Below, in pieces: positions 62,427-64,000 of a stretch of 64,000 nucleotides of DNA (within the stretch, counting starts at the first letter, position 1; each line of letters begins with the position of its first letter). Under the pieces are notes generated by a model. That model ran no database searches. It saw only the letters and a list, made by a program, of their open reading frames with translations, and was not told the origin of the DNA. Source of the DNA: Sminthopsis crassicaudata (lineage: Eukaryota); contig NC_133620.1 in NCBI RefSeq assembly GCF_048593235.1, positions 96,474,852 to 96,538,851 of the forward strand, read 5' to 3'. The translations under genes and the position numbers were made by a program.

Positions 62427-63199
62427 TATTTGTGGACACAGTCCATAGACTAATGCAAAACCATCCTTGGGCAGAAAAAGGAGAGGAAGGGAGAAATGAG
62501 AGCTGGGCAGGATCTGTACAAGTGGACAATGAGATGAGAGTAGAAGGCATTAAAAAAAATGGAGATGTGGGGGGTGTTGGGTGCCTGGGTACTGTGAGGC
62601 AGGGGATGGGTTTTCAGGGGGAAGTGGTGTGTTGCTGCTAAGCTGTGGATTTATTCCTAGCTCTTTGTCCTTAAGAGCAGACACGAAAATAAGCTCCCAA
62701 AGCCCATGAGATCAGGAACTAAATGAAGTCAGGCAGAGGGCCTAAAAGAAATTGGATTGAAATTCTCCAAGATATATGGTCATCCCTGCCTCTCCTTCTT
62801 GGTATGTTTCCCTGACTCTGGTGTTTACAAGAGAGCCCTGAGTGTATCTGGGATAGGGGAGATGCTTGAGTTTTAGGGGGCTAATGGCTGAAGCAGCAAA
62901 GAGGAATAGAGCTGAGGTTGGTGAGCCATACTCAGTCAATAAACATTTAAGACCTTGTTATGTCCACTGGTAAGAGGAGGCCAGTATTACTGATACGAGT
63001 GAGGGTAAAATGGGAAAATCCTGCTTTCCTTGACTGATGCATCTGAAGATCTAGAGATGCTATGAAACCTTAGAAAGGTGGGTTTCCAGGAACCCAGTTC
63101 ACTGAATTCAGAACAAACCATATGCAAGGGTCCTCCCTTTACATCTTTGTTTCTAGCTAAACCACAGATGAGGACTCTTAACATGCCTGAACCTCGTGG

Positions 63200-63310
63200 A
63201 CTGCACCTGTTCTTTGGATATTTTTAGGAGACAGTTTTTGAACACATAATACCAGCCCTATAGTCAGGGAAAGACAATGCTTGCTATGTTAATCCCCAAG
63301 GTTATTATAG
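63200..63310 (-). promoter_or_regulatory. SURE/USE slow-fibre upstream enhancer of TNNI1
   Basis: Minus strand reads CTATAATA..GGATTAACATAGCAAGCATTGTCTTTCCCTGACTATAGGGCTGGTATTATGTGTTCA..CCTAAAAATATCC..AACAGGTGCAG. This gives a bicoid-like GGATTAAC (63295-63288), the CACC-box position, MEF2 (63227-63218) and an E-box (63209-63204), in the order I recall for the rat SURE / human USE, about 1 kb upstream of the putative TSS. Confidence 0.85.
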
Positions 63311-63521
63311 TTAAGTTGCTGGGCTCAGCCTGGGCATGGGGCTGGAATTCCCAGGATGGGAGAAGAGGGAACATTGGTGACAGACAGGGAGACCGACTCT
63401 TCATAGAAGAACTAAGGGAGGGAACCTTTATCATCCAATATCCCCTTAAGAATTCTTTTTGGCTTTCATTGCCCTCCCCCCCCCCTTTCCTCATAAGATA
63501 TAGCAGGTATATATTCTAAGA

Positions 63522-63872
63522 CAGGTGCCAGATACATGACAGCAGATTCACAACACAATGGAATGCAGCCTGAATGAGATTAAAATGTAATTGGGAAATA
63601 TTTTATAATATAAATACAATAAAAATAATGTTGCATGTTAAATTAAGTCAATATGGGGCAGCTAGGTGGCGCAGTGGATAGAGCACCAGCCCTGAATTCA
63701 GGAGGACCCGAGTTCAAATCTGGTCTCAGACACTTAACACTTCTTAGCTATGTGACCCTGGGCAAGTCACTTAACCCCAGCCTTGGGGGAAAAAAAAATT
63801 AAGTCAATATGAAACCAATAGAATTCCTTAGATATTGATTAATGGCCCACTAATTTGGATTTAATACCACTG
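63522..63872. mobile_element. Old hAT-type MITE split by the WSINE1 insertion
   Basis: cagg..gattaaaatgtaattgggaaatatt..taagtcaatatg..ttaataccactg. A related inverted copy appears at about 8985-9131 (ending tttgacacctctg). Confidence 0.45.
63655..63798 (+). mobile_element. Young full-length WSINE1-type CORE SINE
   Basis: tRNA-derived head GGGGCAGCTAGGTGGCGCAGTGGATAGAGC with B-box GAGTTCAAATC and an A-tail; 16-bp TSD aaattaagtcaatatg (63640-63655 / 63796-63811). Confidence 0.9.
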
Positions 63873-64000
63873 ACCTAAGAAACAGAGAGAAGAAGCACCA
63901 CCCATTCATGGTTCATGATGTTCAGGAGTCTACCCCCTGATTTTCAAGAGCTTAAATTCTTTGGAGACAAGACTGATTGCTCTCCTCCTGTCTGTAAATT

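Noticed and set aside
1-64000. tRNA-like A/B boxes and scattered single AP-1 sites
   Set aside because: The Pol III boxes belong to SINE heads, not tRNA genes, and isolated TGA(C/G)TCA hits occur at about the chance rate (around 8 per 64 kb).

Overview
Marsupial genomic DNA, most likely a dasyurid such as the Tasmanian devil. The species call is inferred from WSINE1- and MAR1-type SINEs and an OC1-type hAT MITE. The window holds two minus-strand, multi-exon genes. (1) LAD1 (ladinin-1): nine coding exons from 31554 down to 373, all GT-AG and in phase (1740 nt, 580 codons). The terminal exon with the stop codon was not found and probably lies left of the window. A CpG-island promoter sits at about 31.56-32.2 kb. 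(2) TNNI1 (slow skeletal troponin I): complete 187-aa CDS in seven coding exons (57919 down to 46972), including a 4-nt microexon, a probable non-coding exon 1 near 62.1-62.2 kb, and a recognisable SURE/USE slow-fibre enhancer at about 63.2-63.3 kb. The rest is intronic or intergenic DNA rich in SINE, LINE and DNA-transposon remnants, microsatellites and three N gaps. I see no convincing wholly new biological system. The best leads are an expanded 4x17-aa TPEK-bearing repeat in LAD1, an altered CACC box in an otherwise conserved SURE, an exon-2-like echo directly before the TNNI1 microexon, a 44-bp hairpin fully paired only on the LAD1-transcribed strand, a young sense L1 tail next to TNNI1 exon 2, a local duplication bracketing LAD1 exon 4, and a tight TEAD/AP-1/AP-1/ETS cluster upstream of LAD1. 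Repeat family names and comparisons with human or rat are from memory and need database confirmation.
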